From IMG/VR virus record IMGVR_UViG_3300029955_000001: DNA of 64,000 bases. One strand, 5' to 3'. Both the position numbers and the translations under genes were made by a program. The DNA comes from a virus (lineage: Duplodnaviria; Caudoviricetes). The notes under the pieces are model-generated. The model ran no database searches. It saw only the letters and a list, made by a program, of their open reading frames with translations, and had not been told where the DNA came from. Shown here in pieces: positions 1 to 10,342 of this stretch; positions within the stretch are counted from its first letter, which is position 1, and the number at the start of each line of letters is the position of its first letter.

Positions 1-149
1 TGTTTCGCTGAAATCCATCGTTTGCCCCAGTACGGATAGCCTGACGCACTATCGATGTCATAGAACTTCTCAACGGTTTCACCGTCGTTCAAAACACTGA
101 TGACATAAAAGTCTTTGTTAGTTCTAGTGTTCATTTCTTGCTCCTTTGT

Positions 150-464
150 TTATTTAACTACTCTTTTACCAATCCGAACCATATCTGAGAACAGGTTACC
201 CATTTCGTTTACTACTTCACCAGCATGAGTAACTTGTTCTGTCTTATTCGGACCCTCAATTTGTTTCTTTAGTTCCATTAGCTTCCGTTTCGATTTGACT
301 ACTACATAAATCAAACCAATAACCAATAAAAACTCAGGAGCTACAATGGCAATAAATACCAACATCAGAATCTTTGCCATTCCAAAGAAGCTCGTAAGTT
401 TACAACTGTGAATAAGATCAATAAAGAATCCTACACAGCAGAAAAACACAATTACTTGTAGCAT
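150..464 (-). CDS. hypothetical membrane protein
   Basis: 104-aa ORF with two hydrophobic N-terminal segments; co-oriented with neighbours. Confidence 0.6.
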   Translation of the reverse strand: MLQVIVFFCCVGFFIDLIHSCKLTSFFGMAKILMLVFIAIVAPEFLLVIGLIYVVVKSKRKLMELKKQIEGPNKTEQVTHAGEVVNEMGNLFSDMVRIGKRVVK

Positions 465-478
465 GATATTTCTCCTTT

Positions 479-730
479 TTATTTCTGGGACTGAAAAGTA
501 GCGATAGCTGTTTCCATATCCTCAGGCGAAAACTGTTTATGACTCTTAAGTCTTTCTTCAGTTCTTTTGTAGAAAGACTCAACTTTAGGTTGATTATCTT
601 CGATACGTATTTTAGTCCTAGAATTAAATGTTAACCCATGTTTACGAGGCAGTGCTATTAGTGCCATTTTATTATACCCTGATAAAGAATTGGTTAAATG
701 TTTTTGCATTACCCATATCGTAGACATCAT
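479..730 (-). CDS. hypothetical protein
   Basis: 83-aa ORF; the true start may lie downstream because a promoter-like motif overlaps the first ATG. Confidence 0.5.
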   Translation of the reverse strand: MMSTIWVMQKHLTNSLSGYNKMALIALPRKHGLTFNSRTKIRIEDNQPKVESFYKRTEERLKSHKQFSPEDMETAIATFQSQK

Positions 731-753
731 ATATGTCTGAAATATTCTGGAAT
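729..753 (-). promoter_or_regulatory. copy of recurrent phage promoter-like motif
   Basis: plus-strand ATATATGTCTGAAATATTCTGGAAT, identical over 25 nt to 58425-58449. Confidence 0.6.
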
Positions 754-756
754 AAG

Positions 757-817
757 TAATAAATACCCGCTCATATTACCTCGTGTTTTCGACGGTAATA
801 TGAGCGGGTATTTATTA
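757..817. terminator. 24-bp perfect inverted repeat (hairpin/terminator)
   Basis: TAATAAATACCCGCTCATATTACC ... GGTAATATGAGCGGGTATTTATTA with a 13-nt loop, intergenic. Confidence 0.6.
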
Positions 818-978
818 TGTTTATTTAGCATGTTCTGTTATCTTAAAATTAAACATGTTGTACAGATAGAATAGCACTACTGCAATAGTAGCAAGAAATA
901 CAGCTACAAACAATAGTATATAAATTATAGCCATGAAAAAAAATATTACAATAGCAGCTATTAAGTCAAATAGTTTCA

Positions 979-1509
979 TTATTGTCCCCCAATGTCTTCG
1001 GATCTTACTAAATACGGACTGTTACTATCTAACCAGCCTTTAAGCTCATACGGCAACAGTCCTTCTGGCGTGTATGCCCTTATTGTTTTGAATTTGTCAT
1101 ATAACGCAATACCAAGTTGCATAGTGTGTTTTGCGAGTATATCCCCATCATTAGAATTACCTTCTCTAGTGTGAATTCTTTTTATATCACCGCACAACGC
1201 CGGTATACCATACGGAACAGCATCGTTAATATCTGCAATATATAATAGTATTTCGTTTATAGTCTCGGTTGCATCTAATTCAAAATCTTTTGCTTGCTCT
1301 ACACCATCCCAAAATTGTTTTAATTCTTTCTTTAAGTCCAAGACAACTACATCTGGGTATTTATCTAGATTAGCTATTCCTGCTGCCCTGTGACGATTAA
1401 TAATTGTTGAAACATGATGATTTACCGGAAGATAGTAATCATCAATATTAGTCTCGCAAAACGCATTTGGATCGTTCTCCATCATTGCTAATGTTTGTTC
1501 TAAGCTCAT
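979..1509 (-). CDS. hypothetical protein, possible paralogue of 3091-3519
   Basis: 176-aa ORF with RBS; C-terminal IRAYTPEGLLPY resembles LKIYDGDGCLNY of 3091-3519. Confidence 0.7.
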   Translation of the reverse strand: MSLEQTLAMMENDPNAFCETNIDDYYLPVNHHVSTIINRHRAAGIANLDKYPDVVVLDLKKELKQFWDGVEQAKDFELDATETINEILLYIADINDAVPYGIPALCGDIKRIHTREGNSNDGDILAKHTMQLGIALYDKFKTIRAYTPEGLLPYELKGWLDSNSPYLVRSEDIGGQ

Positions 1510-1662
1510 TTTTCATTCCTCTTCAGAACATTACCCTACTCAATATTTTATTAAACTATTCTTATTGTGATATTAAGAAATAAATTAGAAAAGGTATAGT
1601 CGTGAAGAAAATGAATATTGCGATTAAAGTTATAAAAATAATTTTTCTCATTATATTTTCAT

Positions 1663-1848
1663 TTAACGTGGTTCACTAACCTGATGGATAATATCTAAAC
1701 TTTTGCGCCCATATAAATCTAAAGATACGATCTTTTTTGTTGATTGTATACTTTCTAATGCTCGTTGATCTTCTGATCTAAGCTTAGTTTTAGATTGTTT
1801 TAAAATAGCTTTACGTTTAGCAATAAATGCTGGTTGTAAGTGAGACAT
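1663..1848 (-). CDS. hypothetical protein
   Basis: 61-aa ORF abutting the upstream gene. Confidence 0.55.
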   Translation of the reverse strand: MSHLQPAFIAKRKAILKQSKTKLRSEDQRALESIQSTKKIVSLDLYGRKSLDIIHQVSEPR

Positions 1849-1850
1849 CT

Positions 1851-2234
1851 TTATTCTCCTACAAGCTCACCAGTGTTCGCATTTACCTGCACAGCCTTAT
1901 CGTCATATAACTTGATCATGCCTTGGTCTTTTATATTGGTTATTTCGAACAATTGCCCGAAATGTTTACCACACCAATCTTGAATGAACTCTTCAGTTAA
2001 TTCTTTTTCATCGACATCATCAATTGCTACACGAGCAGTGAAGATCTTACAAATATCTCCTTTTGCTAAATGCTCTTTTAAAATCTTTACCATTTTTGGA
2101 ATAGGTTCGCCAATATGTTCGATACCTTTCCACACATCGTAGAAAGCTAGCGTTCCATCAAGGTCGAATCCTACCCATTGTTCTGGTATCTTTTTGTTAT
2201 CCTCTAATGCCCAACTCACATATGCTGGTTTCAT
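1851..2234 (-). CDS. HAD-superfamily phosphatase (polynucleotide phosphatase-like)
   Basis: motif I DLDGT near the N-terminus, FTAR motif II, C-terminal YDD. Confidence 0.75.
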   Translation of the reverse strand: MKPAYVSWALEDNKKIPEQWVGFDLDGTLAFYDVWKGIEHIGEPIPKMVKILKEHLAKGDICKIFTARVAIDDVDEKELTEEFIQDWCGKHFGQLFEITNIKDQGMIKLYDDKAVQVNANTGELVGE

Positions 2235-2243
2235 ATTGTTTCC

Positions 2244-2588
2244 CTAGTTTGTTATTTGCCCATTTCTGATAAACTGATGCCACATACATCCAGCTGTCAA
2301 TGCGATAGAATCCGACCCACCATCGCCAGTTAGCGTCAGGTCGTGATAACCAGTGCCGTGTAGTAGCCACCTACCAGGTCCTGGTTTAGCGTGGTCTGGG
2401 ACGCCTCTAGTCTTACTCCAACAAACAATCAGATGAGTTCCTACTTTACCTTTGTTTGCTTCAAAACACTTAGGGCAAAGAAATCGTATTCCATTGGCTT
2501 GTTCAATCGTATCTACACGGACACTATAAACACCATCTGGTCGTTCTTCGTATCGTAAAAACTGTGGTTCTAATTCTAGTAATAGCAT
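2244..2588 (-). CDS. hypothetical Cys/His-rich phage protein
   Basis: FLCPKC ... HLIVCW ... GCMWHQFIRNG pattern suggests metal binding. Confidence 0.65.
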   Translation of the reverse strand: MLLLELEPQFLRYEERPDGVYSVRVDTIEQANGIRFLCPKCFEANKGKVGTHLIVCWSKTRGVPDHAKPGPGRWLLHGTGYHDLTLTGDGGSDSIALTAGCMWHQFIRNGQITN

Positions 2589-2629
2589 GGGTTACTCTTT
2601 CGTTGGTTCACACATACTATTTTTAATAT

Positions 2630-3094
2630 CTAGAATAAGTAATCAGATTTTTTAGTTAATTTATAACGTAAAGCTAAAGCATCCCAGAAAGCAACATGTT
2701 GTATAGCATCTTTTAAATCATTTGGATAACTATCTACCCGTCTTACTTCAAACGTCATGCGTGGTATATTTATCATAGTGCCAGGACCTGTGATGAAGAA
2801 CTCGCATAGATATTTAATGTCATCAGGCCAGTCAGCAATGAAGTTTGGAAGTAGGTCTCCTGATAGAAACTCTTCTACTAATTTTTGTGCATGTTCTAGT
2901 ATTGATATATGGTACGTTGGGGCTTCTTTAATAAACGGAATAACATTTTTCTCTACCCAAGGGTCTAGATTTAAATCTCGGTATTTGCCTCTAATAATAA
3001 TGTAAATAGATTTTCCATCCTCACGTACTAAAGCTAAACTAATCAATTCTCCACCAAGACCGTTAAACTCGGTGTCAATATAATACGAACTCAT
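2630..3094 (-). CDS. DEDDh 3'-5' exo(ribo)nuclease, Rv2179c-like
   Basis: YIDTEF ExoI motif, ADWPDD, HVAFWDA ExoIII motif. Confidence 0.75.
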   Translation of the reverse strand: MSSYYIDTEFNGLGGELISLALVREDGKSIYIIIRGKYRDLNLDPWVEKNVIPFIKEAPTYHISILEHAQKLVEEFLSGDLLPNFIADWPDDIKYLCEFFITGPGTMINIPRMTFEVRRVDSYPNDLKDAIQHVAFWDALALRYKLTKKSDYLF

Positions 3095-3519
3095 GCTATT
3101 TCCTTTAAAGTGTCAATTTTTAAATAAGTATCTAAAACGGGTTTTCCATCATCGTAGTGTTCTTCATATACTGAATAATTCAAACATCCATCTCCGTCAT
3201 AGATTTTTAATTCATCTATTTTTTTCTTAATCCTCATTCCTAATTCTAAAACACATTCTGCTTCTTTTAAACATTTATCCATGTATTGTTCAACATCAGC
3301 GTCCGTCGTAAAAACATCATCAGAACCATCAACATCGAATTCAAGTTGAGCAGCGTATTCACGTAATTCATAATCAGCCATATGTTTATACTGAATACAA
3401 TTTACAATAGCGTGCAATGTCTCTAATGTTAGGACGTCAATAGCACAATCAGCTGGCATTTGTCTTTTGAATTCTTTTACTATTTCTCGTGTATCCAGTA
3501 CAATTATATCTGGCAACAT
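3091..3519 (-). CDS. hypothetical protein
   Basis: 142-aa ORF overlapping the next gene by 4 nt. Confidence 0.7.
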   Translation of the reverse strand: MLPDIIVLDTREIVKEFKRQMPADCAIDVLTLETLHAIVNCIQYKHMADYELREYAAQLEFDVDGSDDVFTTDADVEQYMDKCLKEAECVLELGMRIKKKIDELKIYDGDGCLNYSVYEEHYDDGKPVLDTYLKIDTLKEIA

Positions 3520-3626
3520 GATCGTCCTTTAGTTGTAACGTACGTTCTAAAATATAGAGCGAATTGGTATTTTTTGTAGCTACGCGGCATAGAGTCATTG
3601 CTCTTTACTGAGCAATGACCCATTGT

Positions 3627-4238
3627 TTAAAGTGATGTTATTAAAGATAAAGATTTCTCAACAAACTCTATATCTTCCAATTGTTTCTGTTTATCTGTAA
3701 GTGTGCAACCAGTTGTATCTATTTCTTTCAAACGAACCATGTCTTTCGATAACTCTTGAAACTCACTCTTTGTGATATCGTTATCTCCATAGCTCTTTAA
3801 AAACATATCGTATCGAGTTTTAATCGAAGCGCTACACATGCTGTGCTGATCTGTTTCGCCTAATGTTCGTTCTATAATTCTTGCACTAGCCTGTATATTG
3901 CTGAGTTTATGAATACAGTAAATGGGAGTATACTTTCCTCTAATTAAAACATCATTAACCATTGCTTGCAAATTAAACGCCATTTGCTTTAACGCTAATG
4001 AATCACTCCTATTGCTTTCGTATTCTACAAACAACATCGTATCTAAATTAGCTTGTTGTACATAAGTACTGTAATTTATTTGTTTATCTACATCATTGCA
4101 TAAATGAATAGCACGAGTAGTAGAAACTGTTACTTTGTTAATAAGTTCGTATTCGACATTATCAAACTGCTTAGGACCGTTTAGATACGAACATCCACAG
4201 ATAAGAATACAAAATAAAAAACTTGTAAATATTCGCAT
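3627..4238 (-). CDS. putative lipoprotein
   Basis: hydrophobic N-terminus with lipobox-like ICGC. Confidence 0.6.
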   Translation of the reverse strand: MRIFTSFLFCILICGCSYLNGPKQFDNVEYELINKVTVSTTRAIHLCNDVDKQINYSTYVQQANLDTMLFVEYESNRSDSLALKQMAFNLQAMVNDVLIRGKYTPIYCIHKLSNIQASARIIERTLGETDQHSMCSASIKTRYDMFLKSYGDNDITKSEFQELSKDMVRLKEIDTTGCTLTDKQKQLEDIEFVEKSLSLITSL

Positions 4239-4250
4239 TGTTTTATTCCC

Positions 4251-5234
4251 TTATGATAATTCAACTTCATCGGTCATTATCAATTGATCGATGCCTTTAA
4301 TGAAGTTATCAGCAGTTAATGAATTGTAGACGCATTCCATTGTAGTCTTATGACATTCATTGAAATTTATATCGTAACGATGCCAGTCGGATGCGCAGAA
4401 ACGACAGTTATTTCTTGGCGGTGCAAATGCTTTGAAATTCCAACCTGTTCTATTGTGACGAACGGGGATACGTAGTTCCGGTGCAACAGTGGTGTACCCA
4501 CAAACTATCTTAACATCAGTACATGCTGCTAGATGAATGAGTCCTGTGTCAGCACCTACCACGACCTCTGCGCCAGCCATAATACAAGCGGCTTCCATCA
4601 GTGAAGTTTTCCCTACTAAATCAATAGTTCCACTACGTCCTTCTGGCGACACACCTTTACGATTCATGTTATTGTAAGTGTCGTGAATCTCCGTATTCTT
4701 ACCCAAGAACACTGGGTTAATCCCGCGACGCAATAGCATGTCTGCTATCTTATACGATTCATCAAATGGAATACTTCTATTTGGATTTAGATTAGTTACT
4801 AAAATACAAGCATAAGGTTCTGGTAATTCAAATTTATCAATGTTAATGTGATTCAAAACTGGAGTTGGATAATTCTTATCTTTCTCTTGTAATACCATCC
4901 CAAGGAACTTAATAGAATTATAATCTACTAACGACATTCTCATTGGAGAAATAATTGCAGATGGATGTAATGTGTTGGGTATCTTATCATACTGACGAAT
5001 GATAACTGTATCTGGTGTCACTATTTGATTTTCTACACCTATGTAGAAAAAACAATCTTCGGGAAGAAAATAAAAAAGATCTCGCAATTCTCGCGGTATC
5101 ATAACTTTCATCATATTACCAAAAATGTTTTCATACGCGTACTTCATTGCAGGGATAGCACTAATCGTATCACCTATTGCGCCTGCTCCAAGGACAAAAA
5201 GGTGTGGAGCATGCATTTTAGTATTATCGTTCAT
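4251..5234 (-). CDS. glycosyltransferase family 9 (heptosyltransferase-like)
   Basis: GAIGDTISAIPA N-terminal motif and GADTGLIHLAA motif typical of GT9; Cys-rich C-terminus. Confidence 0.85.
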   Translation of the reverse strand: MNDNTKMHAPHLFVLGAGAIGDTISAIPAMKYAYENIFGNMMKVMIPRELRDLFYFLPEDCFFYIGVENQIVTPDTVIIRQYDKIPNTLHPSAIISPMRMSLVDYNSIKFLGMVLQEKDKNYPTPVLNHINIDKFELPEPYACILVTNLNPNRSIPFDESYKIADMLLRRGINPVFLGKNTEIHDTYNNMNRKGVSPEGRSGTIDLVGKTSLMEAACIMAGAEVVVGADTGLIHLAACTDVKIVCGYTTVAPELRIPVRHNRTGWNFKAFAPPRNNCRFCASDWHRYDINFNECHKTTMECVYNSLTADNFIKGIDQLIMTDEVELS

Positions 5235-5418
5235 TATAAAAACCTTTGTTATTTGATTAGTTTAGACACCATCTATTCACTTAGCTTTTGGGTGGCTGTG
5301 CTCTATACCTATAGAGTGAATATGTGCCCAACACATGTTAAAATATTCTGCATGGTACAATATAGTAACAAGGCTAAGGTAATGATGTCTAAACTAATCT
5401 TTAATTAAAATATTTCAG

Positions 5419-5625
5419 TTATCTTTTTCCTAGTTCAGCTAATTCTTCAGGAGTAAGTGGTGACTGAGGAACGTCAGCACAGATTTTACAAACTACACGA
5501 CGTTTATGCCCAATAAACAAACTCATGCAACGACAACAACGATTTTCGTAGTTACCATTTTCATAGCTAAAATCTTCTACCCAGTCTCGTTCAGAGCATT
5601 CAGAGGAATACACGCTCATAATCAC
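5419..5625 (-). CDS. small Zn-finger-like protein
   Basis: CxxC ... CxxC (CCRC, CKIC). Confidence 0.55.
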   Translation of the reverse strand: MIMSVYSSECSERDWVEDFSYENGNYENRCCRCMSLFIGHKRRVVCKICADVPQSPLTPEELAELGKR

Positions 5626-5629
5626 TCCT

Positions 5630-6448
5630 TTATTGTGTTTGCGCTGTAATATCGTAATGTGAGATTAATAATTCAACATTACCCGAACCGTATATCTCAG
5701 AGCCGACATACACACCAATAATCTGTAATGAGTCTGCAAGGGCAGGTGTCATGCCGGGAGATTCCAATAATCTTGCGCGTACATCAAACACTAACGGCGA
5801 GCTAATGCCAGTCGGTTTGAAATAAACGATATTGACTAAGCCATCCGATCGATCACTATAACAGCGATCAAAGATCGAACTGGCACATAAATTAAACCCG
5901 CCTTGTAATTCTTGTTCAACGAAAAACGGACTACCAGTAACTGATTGCATACTAACACCTGTTACTACGCGAGCGCGTGCTCCAGCGAAAGTCAGGATTG
6001 TGTAAGACAAATTAACAACTGGATGTTGACGTATAAATACTTGTCCAACCACACCACCATTAAGGAATGAACCGTTATATAGATTGTTAGCGGGCGGTGT
6101 AGTGATAATTAATAAACCATTTTGTGTATTGCTATCTGTCCACCATGGAACAGTATTCTGTAAACCATTCGCATCCTGATCCCATGAGTACGGGCCAAAT
6201 TGTGGCGTTTCTATTGTCCCGTGAACAACCCATTTTCCTACATTAGTCTGCCCTGTAGGAAGTAACCAATTTGCATCTGCATATACAAATTGATCGCCAA
6301 TATGCACAAGCGATACATCCGTAGTTGACGTGGTTGTGTTTATAGTCGTTGTTGTTATAGGGGCTATAGTTTGTGAGGTATTACCGCTACCGCATCCATA
6401 AAGAATAAAGCCTAAAAAAATAACTCTAATGCATCGTAAAATAAGCAT
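5630..6448 (-). CDS. putative lipoprotein
   Basis: signal peptide with LYGC lipobox followed by a Thr-rich linker. Confidence 0.7.
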   Translation of the reverse strand: MLILRCIRVIFLGFILYGCGSGNTSQTIAPITTTTINTTTSTTDVSLVHIGDQFVYADANWLLPTGQTNVGKWVVHGTIETPQFGPYSWDQDANGLQNTVPWWTDSNTQNGLLIITTPPANNLYNGSFLNGGVVGQVFIRQHPVVNLSYTILTFAGARARVVTGVSMQSVTGSPFFVEQELQGGFNLCASSIFDRCYSDRSDGLVNIVYFKPTGISSPLVFDVRARLLESPGMTPALADSLQIIGVYVGSEIYGSGNVELLISHYDITAQTQ

Positions 6449-6704
6449 GGTGCTTTTCCTTTAAACTACGCGGCTACTTTCCCCGCCGTTCTAGAATGTA
6501 TTAGTCATTCTCCCACTGCACGCTTGCCAATTGATAACACAGCCGCTTGTGGTCCATCGTGTGCTCATCTACGCTATAAACTTTCTTCTTGTTTACGCTC
6601 GGTGTGGCTACCGTTTGCAGGCTATACTTGCTGCAACTCAAGTTAAAACTTACGTCCAATACAACAATGGCATTTTAGCTTCAAGAATGACGACAAAATT
6701 CTCA

Positions 6705-7103
6705 TCACGCATGAAACAATGCAATTTCTTCAGGAGTTGGTGGTATCCCAAGGATATTATTATTGATTGTATATGTTGGTGCGCTCTTAACATTATTAGG
6801 AAGTAATGGATTTGTTTCTTCTTCAAGCAATGCAACGTTAGCTTTGATTATTTCTACAGAAGCGTTTTCCATTATCTTCCTAATTTTCTGTGCTTCACTG
6901 TTATCCACACTCACAACAATCGAAGTGCCGCCTATGGGGTGTGTTGTGCACTGTTCTTGAAAAGTATGTTCTTTCAGAGCTGATGTATAAAACTCTAACC
7001 GACGTTTCTTTTCGGCAAGTATATCTTCTTCTTTTGAATTTCGTTCTTTAGCGAAGGCAACACGTTCTTCAAATGTCTTGCCTTTTTGTTTAGCTGCACC
7101 CAT
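6705..7103 (-). CDS. hypothetical protein
   Basis: start moved to the ATG at 7103 (MGAAKQKGK), which follows AAGGAG. Confidence 0.65.
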   Translation of the reverse strand: MGAAKQKGKTFEERVAFAKERNSKEEDILAEKKRRLEFYTSALKEHTFQEQCTTHPIGGTSIVVSVDNSEAQKIRKIMENASVEIIKANVALLEEETNPLLPNNVKSAPTYTINNNILGIPPTPEEIALFHA

Positions 7104-7117
7104 TTTTATTTCTCCTT

Positions 7118-7378
7118 TTAATGAACAGAAGAAGAAGAAGACATTCCAAATTGTTCTTGACATTGAATATCTTGAGCGCACGCCCCAATATAATTATGGA
7201 GTTGTAATTCGGTTTCACCTGTAACTGCGCTAATTGCTTTATAGAGTTCTTCACGCTCTTGTGCTGTATCTGCGGTCCTAGTAACACGACCAACACAATT
7301 TTGATATACCAATCTAACTAAAACAGTCTTCGATGTTTTGATTAACTTTTCCACTAAAACTTCATTCATATTTAGCAT
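7118..7378 (-). CDS. hypothetical protein
   Basis: 86-aa ORF, tightly packed. Confidence 0.6.
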   Translation of the reverse strand: MLNMNEVLVEKLIKTSKTVLVRLVYQNCVGRVTRTADTAQEREELYKAISAVTGETELQLHNYIGACAQDIQCQEQFGMSSSSSVH

Positions 7379-7383
7379 TGGTG

Positions 7384-7695
7384 CTACTTTATTTGTCCCC
7401 CATGTTGTTTCTCCTTAGATTGGTTGTTATGCAGTTGCATCCACTCATTAACGTAATAGACACGTAAAGGTTCAATTAACTTTTCAAAATCAGCGCCTTG
7501 AGTTGTGTTCTTAGCTGTTGCCGATTTATGATGTTTCATAATTGGAGCTAAGGCTTCTTTTACGTAGTTTGATAGTTTCAGAACGTCACTAGCGGTTAGT
7601 GGTTTCGGTTTATGTGTTACGTTAGAATATGTTGGCAACATCATGACTCCATTTATTACTATAATCAGTAAACAAGTTATTTTCGACTGGGACAT
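7384..7695 (-). CDS. hypothetical protein
   Basis: 103-aa ORF, tightly packed. Confidence 0.55.
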   Translation of the reverse strand: MSQSKITCLLIIVINGVMMLPTYSNVTHKPKPLTASDVLKLSNYVKEALAPIMKHHKSATAKNTTQGADFEKLIEPLRVYYVNEWMQLHNNQSKEKQHGGQIK

Positions 7696-7728
7696 TAATT
7701 ACATCCCAGTCCTTTAAGAAATGTTCTT

Positions 7729-8142
7729 CTATGCGTGATTAATCCCCACGCGACGTATTGTCGGGAGTATTAGCTTACGCCCAGATGTTTCAATGGAAAT
7801 AGTTTTCGATTTATTACGTATTGTAATAAGTCTGTGGTCATGATGTTCTGATGAACCAGCGTATGGGTAACCGATGGATGATGGATTTTGCTGTATGTAA
7901 TAACGACCAATGTCGTTTGTTTCAAGATCATAGACAGTGACTACATCGCCATCATAATCTCCGCCTAGATTACGAAAAGCGTTTCTAGCACTAGTGGCGT
8001 GCGTACCATCATTGCTAACAGCAAGGACTAAACCTTGTTTCGGTACAAACAACGGCATCAATGAGGATGCTCTAACGATAGCTGGCGCAGCCACAACCAA
8101 CCCCGCGCCAAACATACCTTTAAGAAATGAACGACGTTCCAT
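7729..8142 (-). CDS. protein with twin-arginine (Tat)-type signal
   Basis: MERRSFLKGMFGAGLVVAAPAIVRA matches the RRxFLK Tat consensus. Confidence 0.7.
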   Translation of the reverse strand: MERRSFLKGMFGAGLVVAAPAIVRASSLMPLFVPKQGLVLAVSNDGTHATSARNAFRNLGGDYDGDVVTVYDLETNDIGRYYIQQNPSSIGYPYAGSSEHHDHRLITIRNKSKTISIETSGRKLILPTIRRVGINHA

Positions 8143-8345
8143 TATGTTTCCTTTTTAATCACGCGATATATACGATTAGCATATTTGCCTGCAAACGCCA
8201 CGAACATGTCTGTTGATTCAATGTGATCAGTAGGTAGCACTGGTTCGAAAAGAGTATCTCCAGTTATTCCTTCTGGTAACCCTTCGGGCAATGAAGTATT
8301 GTGCGCCAATAGCAGTTCATGATAGGTAATTACTTCGGTTGTCAT
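8142..8345 (-). CDS. hypothetical protein
   Basis: 67-aa ORF, stop/start overlap. Confidence 0.6.
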   Translation of the reverse strand: MTTEVITYHELLLAHNTSLPEGLPEGITGDTLFEPVLPTDHIESTDMFVAFAGKYANRIYRVIKKET

Positions 8346-8357
8346 TTTATCTCCACA

Positions 8358-8645
8358 TTATTCTTTAACAAGAAATTTAGCTATTCCTAGTCCATCGGGA
8401 AGATTATCTCCTGTATCACTCATTAAAAAATCTACATAGAGTTCTACAGTGCGAACATTAACAACTAGATCTCTGTAATTCATTTTACTTCTGCTACTAA
8501 AGTATGCACGATCGGATTCGCTGTGCATAGCTTCATATCGCTTTGTGGTCTCTTTATAGATCTTCTCAGCTTCGCTATTAGACTTTGCTAGCGCACTCTC
8601 TAAGGCAGATCCATGACCCACTAGCGTGTCTTTAAATCGGCGCAT
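8358..8645 (-). CDS. hypothetical protein
   Basis: 95-aa ORF with GGAG RBS. Confidence 0.65.
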   Translation of the reverse strand: MRRFKDTLVGHGSALESALAKSNSEAEKIYKETTKRYEAMHSESDRAYFSSRSKMNYRDLVVNVRTVELYVDFLMSDTGDNLPDGLGIAKFLVKE

Positions 8646-8681
8646 GAGTTACTCCTGTTTGTTATTTTTTCTGAAAGAAAA

Positions 8682-9182
8682 CTAAAAATAAATTTCAGTT
8701 CCATCTTTCACTGATTGTGGCCAAGTTTTCACTTCTTGTTGCGCAGCTTTTACTTGATCGTACAAAGTTAAAGATTGTTTTGGTTTTTTATTTTCATCAC
8801 GTAGTCTTATTAATGTAGCGATATCATTTATACAACTACAAGTTTCAATATAAGTTTTATTCTCTACTTTAGCAATTAACTTAATTAGATTGTTTCGTTC
8901 TTCTTGCGCGTTATCTGAACTAATTACTTTTTGCGAAAGATCTTGTACGAATAGTCGCGCTACTGCTATTTTAGCAGCTTGTACTAAATCATTCACTTTC
9001 TGTGTTTCTTCAACAGAAATCAAATTAGGTGCCATGTACAAATGCATTAATATATTCATAGCGTTTGATGTACTTGGACTAACACTCTCTCTATCGTGAA
9101 GCATGCGAGATGCTCCTAGTATTTCTTGTTTTTCTTCTTCTGTATCTACTAGTATTTTAATCATGATGTTATTTTCCTTCAT
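8682..9182 (-). CDS. hypothetical protein
   Basis: 166-aa ORF. Confidence 0.65.
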   Translation of the reverse strand: MKENNIMIKILVDTEEEKQEILGASRMLHDRESVSPSTSNAMNILMHLYMAPNLISVEETQKVNDLVQAAKIAVARLFVQDLSQKVISSDNAQEERNNLIKLIAKVENKTYIETCSCINDIATLIRLRDENKKPKQSLTLYDQVKAAQQEVKTWPQSVKDGTEIYF

Positions 9183-9368
9183 TGTTCTCTAACCATTTTT
9201 TAATATAATTATTTTTTATTTCAATTTTTTTCGATTCAGGTAATTCAGCACTACTAGAAAATAAAATAAATAATGAATCAAGCGTAGAGACATAATGATC
9301 AAATGCTTTCATTTTGGCTATAAAACTTATTTCAGCTGATATCATGCCCCCCCCCTATTATTTTTAAT

Positions 9369-9587
9369 TTACGGACATAAAAGACCATGATGATATACTC
9401 CTTTAGCATCAGGTCTGTCGCCAGGTTGCGTAGAAGATTTTCCAATATTACGCTTAATGATTAGACCAGTTATCTCGTTCATAGCTGCTACTATTTCCAA
9501 ACAATTCATAGTAGCAGCTAACTGATTACATAGATCGTAAATTCCATTCTTTAGTTGTGCTTCTGGGCTATCTCCAAATACACTCAT
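9369..9587 (-). CDS. hypothetical protein
   Basis: 72-aa ORF with AAGGA RBS. Confidence 0.6.
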   Translation of the reverse strand: MSVFGDSPEAQLKNGIYDLCNQLAATMNCLEIVAAMNEITGLIIKRNIGKSSTQPGDRPDAKGVYHHGLLCP

Positions 9588-9809
9588 TTATTTTCCTTCG
9601 TTATTTCAAAGCTGCGAAATTCATAGAACAAATATAAGAAATATGCGCGCACGCTGCTTTAGTACCTGGCGTAATGAATTTATTATGGCGAGGTGTTAAA
9701 CCTTCTAATCCTTTTACTGCCATGTTACTCTCCTTTATTTTTTATGACTTCAACAGAACAATTTTTTAAAGAAAAGCTTAATATCTCTATATCACTCATG
9801 ATCTATCCT

Positions 9810-10013
9810 TTAAGCTGTATGAAAAATGACGCAAACACCGATAATGATAGTAATAGTTGTTACTACCATCATCATCCAAAATGCAAAGAACTCTGGTTCA
9901 GAATTATTTTTCTGTTTACAAATTAAACCAAAATGTTCCACTACAACTCTAGCTGGAGGCGCCTCTGGAGGTGGAGTATGATAATGTAATTCTTTTTTAA
10001 ATTGTTTCTTCAT
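9810..10013 (-). CDS. small membrane protein
   Basis: C-terminal hydrophobic helix; GGAG RBS. Confidence 0.55.
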   Translation of the reverse strand: MKKQFKKELHYHTPPPEAPPARVVVEHFGLICKQKNNSEPEFFAFWMMMVVTTITIIIGVCVIFHTA

Positions 10014-10093
10014 TACTATCTCCTGATGTAGGCTTATGTAACATACCGTTATAAGTAAGTTATTCTGCCAATAGTCTCAAAATTTTTTAATCT

Positions 10094-10342
10094 TTAATCA
10101 ATTGGATGTCTTGATATATTGTACTTCCGTCCATAATCTCGTTCTCTATCCACACATTTTTCGCATTTGTGACAAGTGAAATATAAAATACGTGGACATG
10201 CGCTATTATCACCTTTGAAAGAAACTCCTTCATCCCAATAGTGAAAACAAAATAGTTGCTTAAAGAATTTTCTTATTGATCGACGATAGTCAGATACAAG
10301 TATAATTACAAAGCAAAATACACAAAACGTAACCGACTCCAC
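10094..10342 (-). CDS. hypothetical protein
   Basis: 82-aa ORF with a CFHYW ... CHKC pattern. Confidence 0.5.
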   Translation of the reverse strand: MESVTFCVFCFVIILVSDYRRSIRKFFKQLFCFHYWDEGVSFKGDNSACPRILYFTCHKCEKCVDRERDYGRKYNISRHPID

